From the human T2T-CHM13v2.0 reference genome, Homo sapiens: a stretch of 64,000 bases of DNA. Positions 28,801 to 43,991 of this stretch are shown one piece after another. Under the pieces are notes generated by a model. The model did no database searches. It worked only from the letters and a program-made list of their open reading frames with translations, and had not been told where the DNA came from. The stretch lies in the NCBI RefSeq assembly GCF_009914755.1, contig NC_060938.1; one strand, 5' to 3'. Each line of letters starts with the position of its first letter. Position 1 is the first letter of the stretch. The translations under genes and the position numbers were made by a program.

Positions 28801-29649
28801 TAAATTTTCTGCTCAAGAGATTTCTTTGTCCTTTTTGTCTACTATGCCCTTCCTTGCTAATTAGTCTGATTTTTATTAAATGTCCTGCCAGTAATATGAT
28901 TTTTGTTAAATGCACTACCAAAATGGATTACGCAATGACATTATGAACTTAAACATCTTTAAGATTTAAAAATGTGTAGGTAGCTTCACTGAATAAACAA
29001 CACTTTACAAATTATTTTTTACCTCTGTGCAAAGGACAGTGCATCTGTTGAAGAAAACCAGCAACACTTGCTTGATTCCCCCCCCCACCAAAAAAAATGG
29101 GCTAATTCATATTAATTTAAAAACATTTTATTGATGAAAAATGTGAATCATATGCAAGCAGCCTTTTCCCCCCCTCTCTCGTTAGAAAAAAACACAACAG
29201 TTTGTACCTGCTGGCAAAATTGGTTTACTCTGCAAAGATGGTACTGTGTTTTACCCCTCCTGGCTTATTAAAGAGTTAAACACTTTTGAAATTATATTTA
29301 TTTCATTTTTACATTTCTCTTCCTTAGCCTCTGTGTGTCCATTGAAAACATTGTTGGGTCCTTTCACAATTTTCCTAGAACTGCCTTCCAATCGTGTCCA
29401 TGGAGAGGTGGTTATACTCTGTTCTCCCAGTGGCTCAGACACGCAGCTTGTCTAGAAAGCCACAGCCGCTGTGGAGGAGGTAAGAGGTCAGCTCTTTCGT
29501 TGGTCCTGGTGAGGGTAAAATTTTTAGGCAGGAGGAGCACTGACTGGCAAAGGGAAGAGGAAAGGGTTCGCCCTGGACCCCACAAATCCGCCTCTTGGAG
29601 CAAACAGCCTGCAGGTAGAGGGGCCTATTAGAGCCTGCCCAGTTCCCGG

Positions 29650-32600
29650 GAGGGCCAACCCCAGCCAGTAAGAAGACCTGAGGCGTAGGATCCCTGCGCA
29701 GGAGGTTGCAGGAATGCCCCCGCTAGCCGCAAGGTTCCTGCTGGCCTGTAGAGCTTTCGTGATCCCCGCCAAGATGCGAACAGTAAGGTCCTCGTATGGA
29801 TCGCAGTTTTTGTCCGAAACCTGAAAACACTAACTTGGGATTTCGCAGTTCTGGCCCTCGGGCCCGCCTCGGAGGCGCACCCCCAATCCCCACGGAACGA
29901 ATTCCGCGGCTAAAATGCATTTTCCCAAGGCAGTAAAAGTGACCCCTGCACCTAACAACCTTTGGGCTTTCTCTTCTCCTGACTACCACCTCTCGCAGGG
30001 TGCGCTGAAATCTCTTTATCGTTATCGTTTTTTATAAATGAAATGATTTATTTATTCGCTGTTTGCAGGGAATGAAAGGAGTTGATCCTGACTCCAAGAT
30101 GCATTCCAAAGAAAGAAAACGCAACTGTAGCCCGGACTCCGCGGAGGAAGGCCAACTGACTCCACTACGTGCACTTCCGAGCCACTTGGGCCCAGCTAGC
30201 TGTGTTAATTATGGGTTCTAATTTTATTGCAACTCGGCACCTCCTGGTTTGTTCCCACTATAGTGGTCTTAAAAAGAAACACACACAGGCATACCCCAGA
30301 ATGAATCCCCGGGAAGGCAAAGGTAGATTTTTTCGGTGCTTGAGTTGATGCTCTGAGAGCGCGCTGAGAGTCTCGGGCATGTCTTGGCACTCTTGGAAAC
30401 AAATTGCAGCCAAGAGCACGGTTCTTCCGGTCCTCTCCTTGCTCCTCTGTGCGCCGCTCGGCCGCGGGACTCCTGGAACATGTTGTGCACCGCCCGAGTG
30501 GCTGCGGACCTCACCTCGACGCCCTGGATAGCCGGGGCCAGGAGGAGACGAGCAGGCAGTCTCCCGCCCTCACCTAGTCAGCTGCGACCTCCGCGGCGTG
30601 GACTCTTGGCCAGCAGTGAGGAGGACAAGGTTGCAGATCCTCTTTGCTGCGGGTTCTGGGTCCGGCCTTGGGCGGCATTCTGTCTTCTAAAGTGTGGAGG
30701 TGGGTAGAAGAGTGTCCACTTTCAGTGTAGACACCTGAGGTATGGGGGCTTCTTTGGGGGCTCCAGCGTGAGCTGCTCCTGCAGATTAGGGAAATGGAGA
30801 GAACAACAATGGGGACATGGTGGAATTCAGATTTCCCCCTGTTAATTAACAATATGATTTCGCTTAGTCCAAGTGTCTTCTGTGCTCTTATTTAATGTCT
30901 CTTGTAAAATGGGAACTAGAATAATACCTCCTTGGTATGGTTGTTGTGTTTGACGTGAGCCCTCAACAAATGGTAGGATGAACTGGAGAAGAATGGGTCC
31001 ATCACTCCCCACACCCTTCCCTGCAGAGCTTCTTTGCTGTCTCCAGCTCTCCCGCCCTGACGCAAGGACAGCTCACAACCAGTGTCCTTGAGTAGCCCCT
31101 GGGGGCCGCAAGAGAATCCGCCCGGTAGGGCATAGAAGATGGGTTTTCGGTGAATCGTGAAAAGACATGATCGGGTTTCCCTTGGAGCATGGTGGAGAAT
31201 GATGCGGAGCCTTGGGGTCAATGGAGAGTTGAGGGTGCAGAGGGATCTGAAAGGGGGAACCAAAAATATCGGGCTTTGAAATTCTGTGGATTTTCAAAGG
31301 CGGTTCCCAACCTTGTCAAAAACTACAGTGGGTGCGCGATCTAATCTGGCTCCTATAGGTGGCGCTGTGACAAGGTGCGGTGGCCGGGAGAGGCGGCTGG
31401 GGGACTCGAAGACTGCGGGAAATTTTCTGCGACTCCGACGCTAACCCGCTGCTCCCAGCCTCCGCTTCCTGTTTTCGAGGGATTAGCTAGGACTGTGCAA
31501 CACCAGTCTCCGCTCTCGGAGTCGGCACGGGGGCTGGTGGGTGGCGGGATGAACTCGGGGAAGGCGACAGGCTGGAAACGCAGCTCCTCGACTTTGCAGC
31601 GCACCAACCCCCTATCGCCCCGTCCGCTGCTCAGGTGCGAGGATTCGCCAGACGCCACAGGACTGGGGGCGACTCGCAAGGGCATCATGCCACCTAGAGG
31701 AAACGCGCAGTGAGTGAGCCCTGGGTCACTGAAAATGGGAGAACGTTCGAGTCGGTCAAGATGACTCCGGCCTGCGAGTTGATTCAGACTCCTCGGAAGC
31801 CAGAAATTGGGTCTAGAGTGGGTTGGTCCCTCCGTCAGCAGTTCGGGCCCAGCCGAAGCTTGGGGCCTAGAGGGCAGACGTCCGGCTCTGATCAGAGTAC
31901 AGCGGGCTGGGCCTGGCAGCCTGCAGGCAACCTGGACCTTGCAATAAAGCTGCATTCAACATAACTCAGACCACAGTGGGAGCCCCCGAAGGGCTTCATG
32001 TGAGTCCCGAAACCAGAGTTTAGAGGCGCGGCCTGGTTCTCGTTTATCTTTTCCAGACAGCATTTAGGCCAATAAGGTCTTTGAAAGGAGGCAGCCCCAA
32101 AGCCCTCAGGCCGACACCTGAGGGCAGGGTCTCAAACAGCTGTGCTTGAAGAACCGGCAATCTTGCTTTTCCCACACGCAGCTGCACCTCTCCTGAGCGC
32201 TGCAGCTGATGGCTGTATAGTGACCACGGACTGCGTCCTCCTCACGAAGCTGCGCAACTTCTGCTAATGCTGCAACCCTGGCAAGACGAAATCCCCCTCC
32301 CTCTGGCTAGATCAGCCCAGCCTCCCCTCAGGGACCTTCCTGCCCCTCCCTACCCCTCCCTACCCCTAGGCCGCTCCCCCCTTCCTCTGTTGGGATCCGA
32401 TCCTTGTTCGCTCTTGCAATCCCGCAGCCCGGAGTTTTGCCCCGTGCATTAAAACATGTTCTCTTTCATTTGCAGATTTAATAAACAAACGTAACCATAT
32501 CACATGGAGCTCCACACTGTCCTTCTGAAAGCAATTCCGCTGTTGAAAACTGAAAAATGGGTGTAATTTGCTTTCAGAAAGTAATGTTAGGGTCACGGCA

Positions 32601-34950
32601 ATTTCTCGGGCCGTTATTTATTTTTACTTTAAAGTCTTTAGGAAAGATTTGCTTATATGCTCGGAAAACTTCCAAATGCGCGAATACCAGCAATCCCGCT
32701 CGCCTTCAACGCGTGGGGTAAGGGGGGGTGGGGAACAATTACTGAGTGACGCTAATATGGGGAAACTGAAAAGAAATGTCGATTGTTTTTATTGTAATAG
32801 AAGGAGTGAGCAAACAGAAAAACCAACCCCGGGTGATCGGAAACAGGCAGGCGGAGAATTAAAAGCGGGTTTCAGACAGCAACAGGCCCCTCCCCTGCTC
32901 TCGCAAGGAGAAAGCGGGCGACGAGCGCTCGCAGCCCGTGGGGCTGATCCCACCTCCCGCAGGGCTCCGGTCGTGTCGCTGTCGGACCGCAGAACGCCGG
33001 GACGCATTTCCGAGCTCGGGCCCGACCCAACCCGCTGCCATTCTAGCTACCTAGTGGAGCCGCGGAGAGACTCTTGAACCGTGAGGCTCCTTGATGAGAA
33101 GGTGGAGAGGCTGCCGGGCTATTCTCCGAGCATCTTCCGGCCGAGCTCTGCTCCTCTCCGTGCGCTTGCGGCTTCTCCTTGGGCTAGCGCGTCCGCAGTC
33201 CCTCCAAGTCCAGGCCGCAGGTCAGTGTGCGGGCGCCTCCTGTCCTCCTCTCCCACCAGAGGACCCCTGAGGGCTGTCTCCATCCCCAATCCCCGCGACT
33301 GCTCCTTTTAGCCGCCATCCCCTCCCGCAGCGCAGATCCTGCAGGGGCCAGCGGTCCAGGGCGGACCCTCCCTCGCCCTGGGCGCGGGGCGAGCTTCTGG
33401 CTGTCACTTGCCGCTGCAGTTTCAGGGAAACTCAGCTGGCCGCTTACCCTGCAAGACGGGGACATAGCAGAGGGCCGAGTTCTGGAGAAGCTGGGCTTGT
33501 TTTTCTCTCTGCACCGCGCGCAATACCCCAACTGACCCTGAAGGGTCTTGCCTTTACTGCATTTGCCCCCAGACGGCTAGAAGTCAATGCACTATGAAAA
33601 TCCCAGTCCCGGACCTCGGACTCTGGCTGTCTTACAATCCCTGCAACTCCTCCGAGTGGACAAGAGGCGGGCACCGTCGCCTGGGCCTCGCTTGGGGGGG
33701 GGGGGTCCTGTCCCCAGCAGGGGGCAAGTTGGAGGAATCAGCTCCTTAATATTTTCTGCTAGCTCTGCTTGTCATAACTGCAACTCGGAATAGAACAACC
33801 TCTCTCCCGTGCATACGCACCCCCAACTCTCGCCCTATCCTCCCATCCACAGTCATCACTGACCTGTAGACCCGGAGGAGCAGGCTTCCGGGGGTCGGTC
33901 CAGGTTGGGGATACAGGGAGGGGTCCTCGCGTTCCGCACAACCTGTAGTGCTTGGGTCTGACTTCGGCAGCCCTCGGGTACAGTCTGCCGGGCTAGATTC
34001 CCGTTGCTTCTCCGCGTCTCTCCGCGGGCCGCTCTAGCGCCGGGAAGGGGGCGCCGCAGGTGACTGCCCGCGGCACTGGGACGGCTGACAGATTTATGGA
34101 GACTTCACAGCATCTGGCTGGGGTCCGCGAGGGCAGGGCGGAGTCCGGTCGATCCGATGCTGGGGTCTAAAGCTTCCCCAGCCACACGCCTGGGCCGAGT
34201 CGCCCCCAGAGTCCCCGGCCCCTGCTCCCCTTGGGCGGGTGTACACAAGGATCCGGCCAGCGCCGAGTGTACTGGTTCCTCCCACCCAGTGTAGCCCCCT
34301 CCTTCACACTCTCGGCCCGGCTTCCAGTCTCCCACTGAGTAAATATTTATCCAGAGAGCGAGTCGCCCCTCGGAGGAGGCCTCGACGCGGCTAGGGAAAG
34401 GCTTTTTGGCTTCTCCCTGGCCTGAGCCAGCTGCAGGCCTTACTGGTGTTTTGGTTTTGGTCTTAAATTTCTCCTTTTAGTCGAAATTCTTCCGATCTCT
34501 TTGAGATCTTCTGAGTCCAGAGTGAGCAGTGTAACCAGGCGGCAGACTCCAGCTGACCCTTGTTCTTGTTCTAGGTCCTGCATCCTTACATTCATCGGGA
34601 CTGACCAGACCTTAGTGTTCTCTCTTTTCCTTCCTTCATCCTCTTTCTCTGCCTCAGATCCGTCGTCTCTCGGTCGGTATCAGCGGGTCGCTGACTACCT
34701 CGCCCTAGCACTCGGTCCGCGCCCCGGGAAGGCTTCAGCATCACCCTCTTCTGCTGGGATCCCGCTGACCCTGTCTGCAGCTTCGGCTTCTCTTGCTCCC
34801 AGAGCGGGGTCTTCGGCTTGCCGCGGATACTTAGTGGCCCAAAACACCTAAAATTGACTCTTCCTGCGCTCTTGAGAATGCCAAGAGCACCCAGTACCTG
34901 CAACCGCCGGCATGAGTGGGGCCTGCGGGGAGCCGCCAGAGCTGCGGACA
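29650..34950. promoter_or_regulatory. PAX9: Cluster of CpG islands around the PAX9 distal promoter
   Basis: CpG-rich blocks at about 29650-30700, 31300-32050 and 32680-34950; no Alu. Confidence 0.8.
32888..33220 (+). other. PAX9: PAX9 upstream non-coding exon (long isoform); start approximate
   Basis: Donor CAG|GTCAGT at 33220/33221 inside a CpG island. 333 nt here plus 393 nt of the next exon gives a 726-nt leader, matching my recollection of the long RefSeq mRNA. Confidence 0.65.
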
Positions 34951-37016
34951 GGCCCCCTGCCCACTGAGTTGCTACCCCTGGCACGCCCAGGGGATCCGCA
35001 GCAGCTGAGGCCACATGGTCACAGCCAAGTTCAGCAGGTGGAAAGGGAGAGATGGCATTGAACCTATGTGAGAACTGGGAAGATGTGTGGCAGCTGAAGG
35101 AGTTGGTAGGAACAAGAGGGAGTTGTATGTTACCTCCATATAACCAGAGCTCTAAACCATATCAGTTTCTGAACCAGTCTAGGCTGGTGCTGCAGAACTG
35201 CTAAAGCTCTCGCAGAGTCCCCAGACCCCCCGCGGGACATGAGGTCTTGCCTGTTCGTATGCGAACATCCTTGTACCCGCCTAGCAGCCCTGCAGACTGC
35301 AAATTTTCCCTGGGTGCACGGAAGTAGAGCAGATTTGGCGCAGAGGTCGATACTCACTGCCTGTCTGTGAGGGGGGAGGAGGATTCCTTCCTGGTCAAGT
35401 TGCCGGGCATGTTCATTCCCTCCCGCAAGCCTAAGGCAGAGTCATAAGCTCCCCTCCGATGCGGCAAAGTCTCAACTAATTTATCTACCAGCCTTAAGAA
35501 GGAGCTGCTGCTTCTAAAATCTTTAGATTTCCGAAGGCTCTCCTTGTGTAAAAATGCCAGGCGGTGCCACACGATGTCACCCAACAGGTATTGGAGGTCA
35601 GACCAGGCTGAAATTGCTATCAAGTCAAACTTCAAGAAGATTTTAAACATTTGAAACCAACCAACAAAAAGGGACAAGTTCAAGTATGTCTAGTTGTGGG
35701 ATTTCCCCCAAGATTCCGATTCTAAAGAGTGGTGTTTTAGTTCATCTTTACCTTTCACATCCTCCATTCTGTTAGGTAATTTTGAATTTAGAGTGCATCC
35801 TAACCATAGAAGTGGGAATCTGGAGATCTGTTCCTTTGCAGAAGCATGGCTGATCATAGTTTTTTCCTGGGTTCTTGCAACTTACTGACCTGAGATCTGG
35901 GACCAGTCAGCTTCTCTGGGTGTAGACCGCAGCCACACACATCCCTGGGGACTGTTGGGGAAGCAGCCTGAATCCTGTGTGCACAAGGAGCCTTCTGGAT
36001 TGTCAAGTAGCAGTAACAGAGTTCACGACCCCAAGCAGTACAAACTCCCAAATTCACGAAAATATTTCTCTTCTTGTTTATTATTTTGATTCACATTCTC
36101 CACAACCCTAACTGCAAATATTAATAACTTTGGCTGCAAAAAAGCATACGGTACACTTTAGATTAGACTTACAGTGAATAAAAGTGAAAATTCAGAAGTA
36201 GGCAGAACGACAGGGCCTCTGGAGCTTAATGGAAGACGAGGGAATTACATCCATGTGCAGCGTCGGTGTCCACTGTCTTGGGACTAAGTCTCTTTCATAT
36301 TTAAACAAAACTCTTTCGAGAGGGCTCGCTGGTTTGGAGAACCCTCACAAACGCTGCCACCGAGGGCCAGGGGCCCAGGACAGTGGCTGAATGTGGCAGA
36401 GCCTTGGGCTCCGTAGTGAGTGCCCCACGCACTGGCAATTGGTCGACTTGGGGCTGTGCGCTAGCGTTAGCCGCCTGTGGTTCAGTTCCCCGCACACGGC
36501 GTGGCCCGTGCCTCGAGCCTGTGTGGCTAGTGGTTGGCCGGTCCACCTGGACTGGGGGGTCGCCGCAGGAAGCTGGCGGTAGGAGGAACCTCCCTGGCCT
36601 TAACAGTGGCCCCCACCTGTGGCTCGGGCTCCCCGCAACCTCCTGGTTTCTTTGGCCGGCCTATCTTCTCACACCTGCGCTCTCGCCACCTGGCATGGAC
36701 TGAAGTGAGGTAGAATCGGCAGGTGACACAGATCCTCTCCTGACAGTCCCCAGAGGCCCGCATGACAGATTTTGCTAAGACAACTCCCTCACCCCTGTGC
36801 ACGGTGGCGCCCGCCTCCCACCTATAGCCTTAACTTCAATTCTGAGATGTCCATCGTTCCCCGGAGGAGGTCTCCTCGGGCCCCTTCTCCCTTCGAGTCA
36901 TTCACATTCAGACCAAACGCTTTCATTTGTTTATTCAGCATTTTACCAGCCTGATTTTGCTGTCTTTTTGTGCCGCTTCTGGGAAGATGTCAAACACCCA
37001 TTTTCATTGTATTTAG

Positions 37017-37409
37017 TCACCCAGGTGGGGAGCTAGCCTGAAAGAGACAGCGGAAGGAGTTTCCTGGACTGCGCTGTCGCTCACCGACCCGCACCAATCA
37101 CCATGCAGCTTGCCCTCGGACCCGCCCCTTTTAGGGCGTGTCCCCAGTGAGTGATAGACGGAGCCGCCCTGCCCTGCTCAGCCCAGCCCACGTTGCTGCT
37201 TAGATTGAAATGCAGAACTCAAGCCTCTTTCATCGGGGCACAGACTTCCTTTTACTTCTTCCTTTTGCCCTCTCGCCTCCTCCTCCTGGGAAGAAGCGGA
37301 GGCGCCGGCGGTCGGCCGGGATAGCAACAGGCCGGGCCACTGAGGCGGTGCGGAAAGTTTCTGTCTGGGAGTGCGGAACTGGGGCCGGGTTGGTGTACTG
37401 CTCGGAGCA
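37017..37409 (+). other. PAX9: PAX9 5' UTR portion of the ATG-containing exon (also contains the proximal promoter)
   Basis: Acceptor TTTTCATTGTATTTAG|TCAC at 37016/37017; CCAAT 37094-37098 and GC box CCCGCCCC 37121-37128. Confidence 0.7.
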
Positions 37410-37413
37410 ATGG
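37410..37413 (+). CDS. PAX9: PAX9 coding exon 1 (ATGG, c.1-4)
   Basis: GAGCAATGG|GTGAGT: strong Kozak context and consensus donor; splices in frame to give [13 protein letters not shown]. Confidence 0.96.
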
Positions 37414-38101
37414 GTGAGTGGCGGCGGGGGACTCTGTCAGAGCCGGGAAGGGAGGGAGGGAGCGAGCGGGCAAGGGAGGGAGGGAGGGAGGGAGCGCGAG
37501 GGCGCGCGCCACTAGGCGCTCACATTCTCTATTGACTTTGCTCGTGTTCCTACAAGTTGTAGGAACACGCTAAGGGTCAGCGGCGCACAGCAGTTCAATG
37601 TGAACGCTGGCTACTGGGTGGCTGTTGATGCCATTTTCTGATTTTAAGAGAAGGGAGCTGTGGCATCAGCGAGCCCCTCAGCCCGAGTAGCAAACCAAGT
37701 TTTGTTTCACACGCGCGCACACATGCAAACAAAACAGGAAAAGAAAAGAAAAGAAAACAAACAACAACAAATAAAACACCCTCTAGCTTCCCCTAGACTT
37801 TGTTTAACTGGCCGGGTCTCCAGAAGGAACGCTGGGGATGGGATGGGTGGAGAGAGGGAGCGGCTCAAGGACTTTAGTGAGGAGCAGGCGAGAAGGAGCA
37901 CGTTCAGGCGTCAAGACCGATTTCTCCCCCTGCTTCGGGAGACTTTTGAACGCTCGGAGAGGCCCGGCATCTCACCACTTTACTTGGCCGTAGGGGCCTC
38001 CGGCACGGCAGGAATGAGGGAGGGGGTCCGATTGGACAGTGACGGTTTGGGGCCGTTCGGCTATGTTCAGGGACCATATGGTTTGGGGACAGCCCCAGTA
38101 G

Positions 38102-38947
<846 letters not shown>

Positions 38948-41599
38948 TGAGGCTTTTTCCTTTGGAAACGTAAGGAGTCTTCCTAGGGGGTGTTCTGATC
39001 TCATTAACTTGAAACTCATGCCCCTGGTTTCCTTGCCACACACAGTCTTCTGCCTCATCTCAAACTACCAGACCCATAACATCCCCCCATCCCCAACACA
39101 TGGTTCGCATTTTCCACCCTCCCCCGCCTCTCGCGCCGAGGCAGCCTCAGCCCGGCTTGCTCACTTGGAGAGTGCGGCCGGGGCTGGACTTGGGGCGCAG
39201 CCCGGGAGGCCCGAGCCTGCTTGGGGCTGCCGGCTGCAGACTCCGCTGTGGGCAGAGCAGCTTGCTTGGGGATCACTACGGCCGGGAGAAGTCTGGCCGG
39301 GAGGAGTCCAGCACGCCTTGGAAATTGAAGTATTCTCCGATTCTGGTAATCAGGCCAAATTTGCTCAGGCAGGAAGTTCAAATGTCACCTAATTGGTTTC
39401 GTTCTTATGCTTCACTTCATTTTCCTCGGAAATGGAGGTCCCGAAGTTACTACTAGTAACTTGCATGTAACTCATTCCCAGACGAAGTCATATTCACATT
39501 CTCTCTCTCTCTCTTTCTCTCTCCATTCACTTTCTAACTTAACAGACTTCACTGTATATATCTTAGGAAGGGAAGTGGCATCAGCCACTGCAGTGATGGA
39601 GATAAAATGCAGGCAATTCCATGCTGTCCTTTTACTGTTCTTTTCAGTTTTCCCTGAGCCTGCCACTTTCCTTTGGGGTCCCCGGGTCCCCGAGAATGCA
39701 AGTGGATATCTATCTAGTTCCTGCATGTTTTAAGCAGTGCCACCCCACTGTTTCTTTCCTTTCTCACCCCTGACCTTGCCTAGTCCTAAGCGTCCTTTCT
39801 GCCTTGTCAGAAGGATTCCCCGAGCCCTCCTGCCCAGTCCGGCTTCCGCAGGAGACCTGAGTTTGTTTTCTTTTACTGAGTTTTTTTTTTTTTTTAAGGC
39901 GTTAACTTTTTTCTTGGTAGGGAGAAAAGAAAGTCTGAATGACCTAGATGCAGAATTTAAATAATGTGTAGATAGTCCACTTTCTTAATTTCTCAGCCTA
40001 AAGTTTTAAAAGTGTAGAGGAAAAATTAAATAGGAAAGGGGGAAATAGTTTCTTTAATTACTTCCTGCCTTTCTTGGTTGCCACCACATTGGCACAATTA
40101 TCTTTTTAAGTAATTAAAGCAGGGCTCTGATTTCTCATCTTCTTGTTTTCTGACTGCAAGTTTACAAGAGCCCAGTTTTGTCTTATTTGGAGCTACTTGG
40201 AGCCATAGTTGGAGAGAGTTTGCCCTTGATTTATAGGATAAACTGACCTCACTGACATTTAAAGGAAGCCCCTGTTCATGGGAAAGTGTGAGATCAGCAG
40301 AAATGGGGGCTCACAGGGGGATCTCAATTTCTTAAGATAACTTCAAGCTTGTGCCCACCGACTGCCTTTTGTCTGGGAAGGCAAAGACAGACAGGCAGTT
40401 CTGGACCAAAACACAGTTTCCTGGTGCAAATGGGACTCAATCTAATTCTTGGGGGTGGTAGAGGAGGAGACATAGTGAAAAAAAAAAAAAAAAAAGGCTG
40501 ACAGAGTTTAAAAGAAAACTTTTCCTGCCTAGGGATCCTACCATCAGAGCAAATGTCAGTTGGGAAAGTATTGGAGAATGGAAAGGAGCAACTTTTCCTT
40601 TCAGATATTATTGTGATTTTGGATGCCAGCTTTAAACAACCCAGTTTGTGACACATTTGTGATTATAAAAATGATCATTTCTACAAAAATGCTCACTCTT
40701 TTAAAGCACTGTGTTAGATGGAAGTGTTTAAAATCAAGTTACAATGGCTTTGCCAAACCACTCCTCCACCCATAGGACCCAAAGACAAACATACATTGTT
40801 TGTAGCCTTCACATATCTCTTTGAAACTATACCTGGTCACTGAAAAATGCCAATAATTCAATATTCTCAACCCCAGGTATTATAGTAATTACTTTACACC
40901 ATACAATTTTCTTTGCATCTCCACCAAGAACAGAAAGAATAACTGATGGCATTACACCTTAACACTTAATTTTACTTTCATTTTCTTAACCTATTTCATT
41001 TTCTCTTTCTTGTATATATATTTTTTAAACTCTTTCAGGAAAACCCTGCCACTAACACCCATGGCATGTATAGTGGTAATTGCAAGATTTATTTTTAAGT
41101 CATATGCACATATCACATATGTAATGTGTAGAGGTAGTGTATCAAGGGGAGCCCTATGCACACACAAAGCAGAAATCTGTGCATGTATATTTTGCACTGT
41201 ATCGTGGGAATAATTTAGTTATTTGTTTGCAAAGGACAGTGCAGGTCTTTTTGTTCTCTATTGACATAAGTACCAGATCCCCACAGTGCAGTGAGCACCA
41301 GTGCAGGCACCCTTAGGTCAGACGCTCCTCTCTTTCTTTTCAGCCAGCCCCACTGCCAAATTGTTGTCAACCCCCAGTCGGCCTTGGGTTAAGAATGAGG
41401 AGGTGGAGAACGGCACGTGCAGCCTTAAGGGTTCCTTCTCCGATTTAGGTTTCTTCCACTCCTTTGCCCTGGGAGAGCAAAGGGGCGAAGGGAAATCAAA
41501 AACCGGTTGAAAAAGAAAAAAGTGTCTTCCCTCAGGCGTGGGTCAGAGAATTTGGAAAGGCCTACTCTGAGGGGAGTAAAACTTCACCAGGCCCTGGGC

Positions 41600-42480
<881 letters not shown>

Positions 42481-43194
42481 CTACCATTTTCTCGACTAAA
42501 GGTCACATTGTAATCTCCCAAGGAAGTTAGTGAGAAAACCTCAAATTATACGGACTGGCTGTGGACCGTTTAATTTTTCTTTCCCTCCGTCCCTCCCTCA
42601 TGTCTCCAAAGGAAAATTTAAAACACTCGTGTTTTTATTTTCCCCCAGAGAAAAGCTAAACAACCACCACAACAAAAGCCCCAGATTTAAGTCTAAATTC
42701 ATCACCGTCCTGGAGTCAAGAGTTCAAAACTCTCAAAAAACCGGACCTTAAGGCAATGTAAGGTTTCCCCAGCAGACCCCAGTAGGTTTGCAAATCTCTT
42801 AATCCCAAACTCAATTCCAAAGCCTCAAGCTATTCAGTTTTCCTTTTATTATTTTGAAGACTTAAAATTTTTAATGCTTTTTTGTCTGTCAAAATCAGCT
42901 TTTAAAATTAAGTGGAATTTGTTCCTCTTATTCACTTGAAAAAACATCTTAGTCATTATTTTCTGTAACAAATCCCATTTCCACTTCCTCTTCCCTCTCT
43001 TATTTTGTTGAAATAGAATCAGAATACATATTAGTGGCTCTCCAATGGCAAATAACACAGAAAATAGCAAGGAAAGAGAGCCCTTTTCCTTAGTCTGTTT
43101 CTACTGTGAAGAATGTCAATGAGAAATGATAAGGAAGTTTGTCATTTTCTTTTACTAAACGACCCACCCTTAATTCGTAATTTGCAAAGAAAAG

Positions 43195-43382
43195 GCAGAA
43201 TAGTACAATGGTTAGGAGCTCCGATCTCTGGCTGTACGACTTCTTAGGAAAATATTTAATTTTTAGTCTCTATTTCTTCATCTTTAAAACAGGGAAATGA
43301 TATTCCCAACCCAGAGATGTTATGAGTATTCAATGAGATAATGCAACCATATGGCACATAGTAAGCATTTATTAAGTATTGC
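43195..43382 (+). mobile_element. MIR SINE
   Basis: TTTCTTCATCTTTAAAACAGGG...AATGAGATAATGCA...GGCACATAGTAAGC. Confidence 0.65.
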
Positions 43383-43569
43383 CTGTGGTTCTAAGTGGCA
43401 GTTAAAAAGACACGTGTAAAAGTAAGTAATATTTATCAGAGTATACTTTGTTCTGAGAGACCATAGTCAAAAAGCTTCAAGGGATTTTGTTACAAACAAT
43501 AGAAAGAGTGTATATAAAGCACCTACCATAGAAGCAAGCATTTAATAGGCGCTCAGTGCTTTTTATTAG

Positions 43570-43991
<422 letters not shown>

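Noticed and set aside
29500-36800. Many ORFs of 60-200 aa on both strands
   Set aside because: CpG-island artefacts with no homology or coherent exon structure
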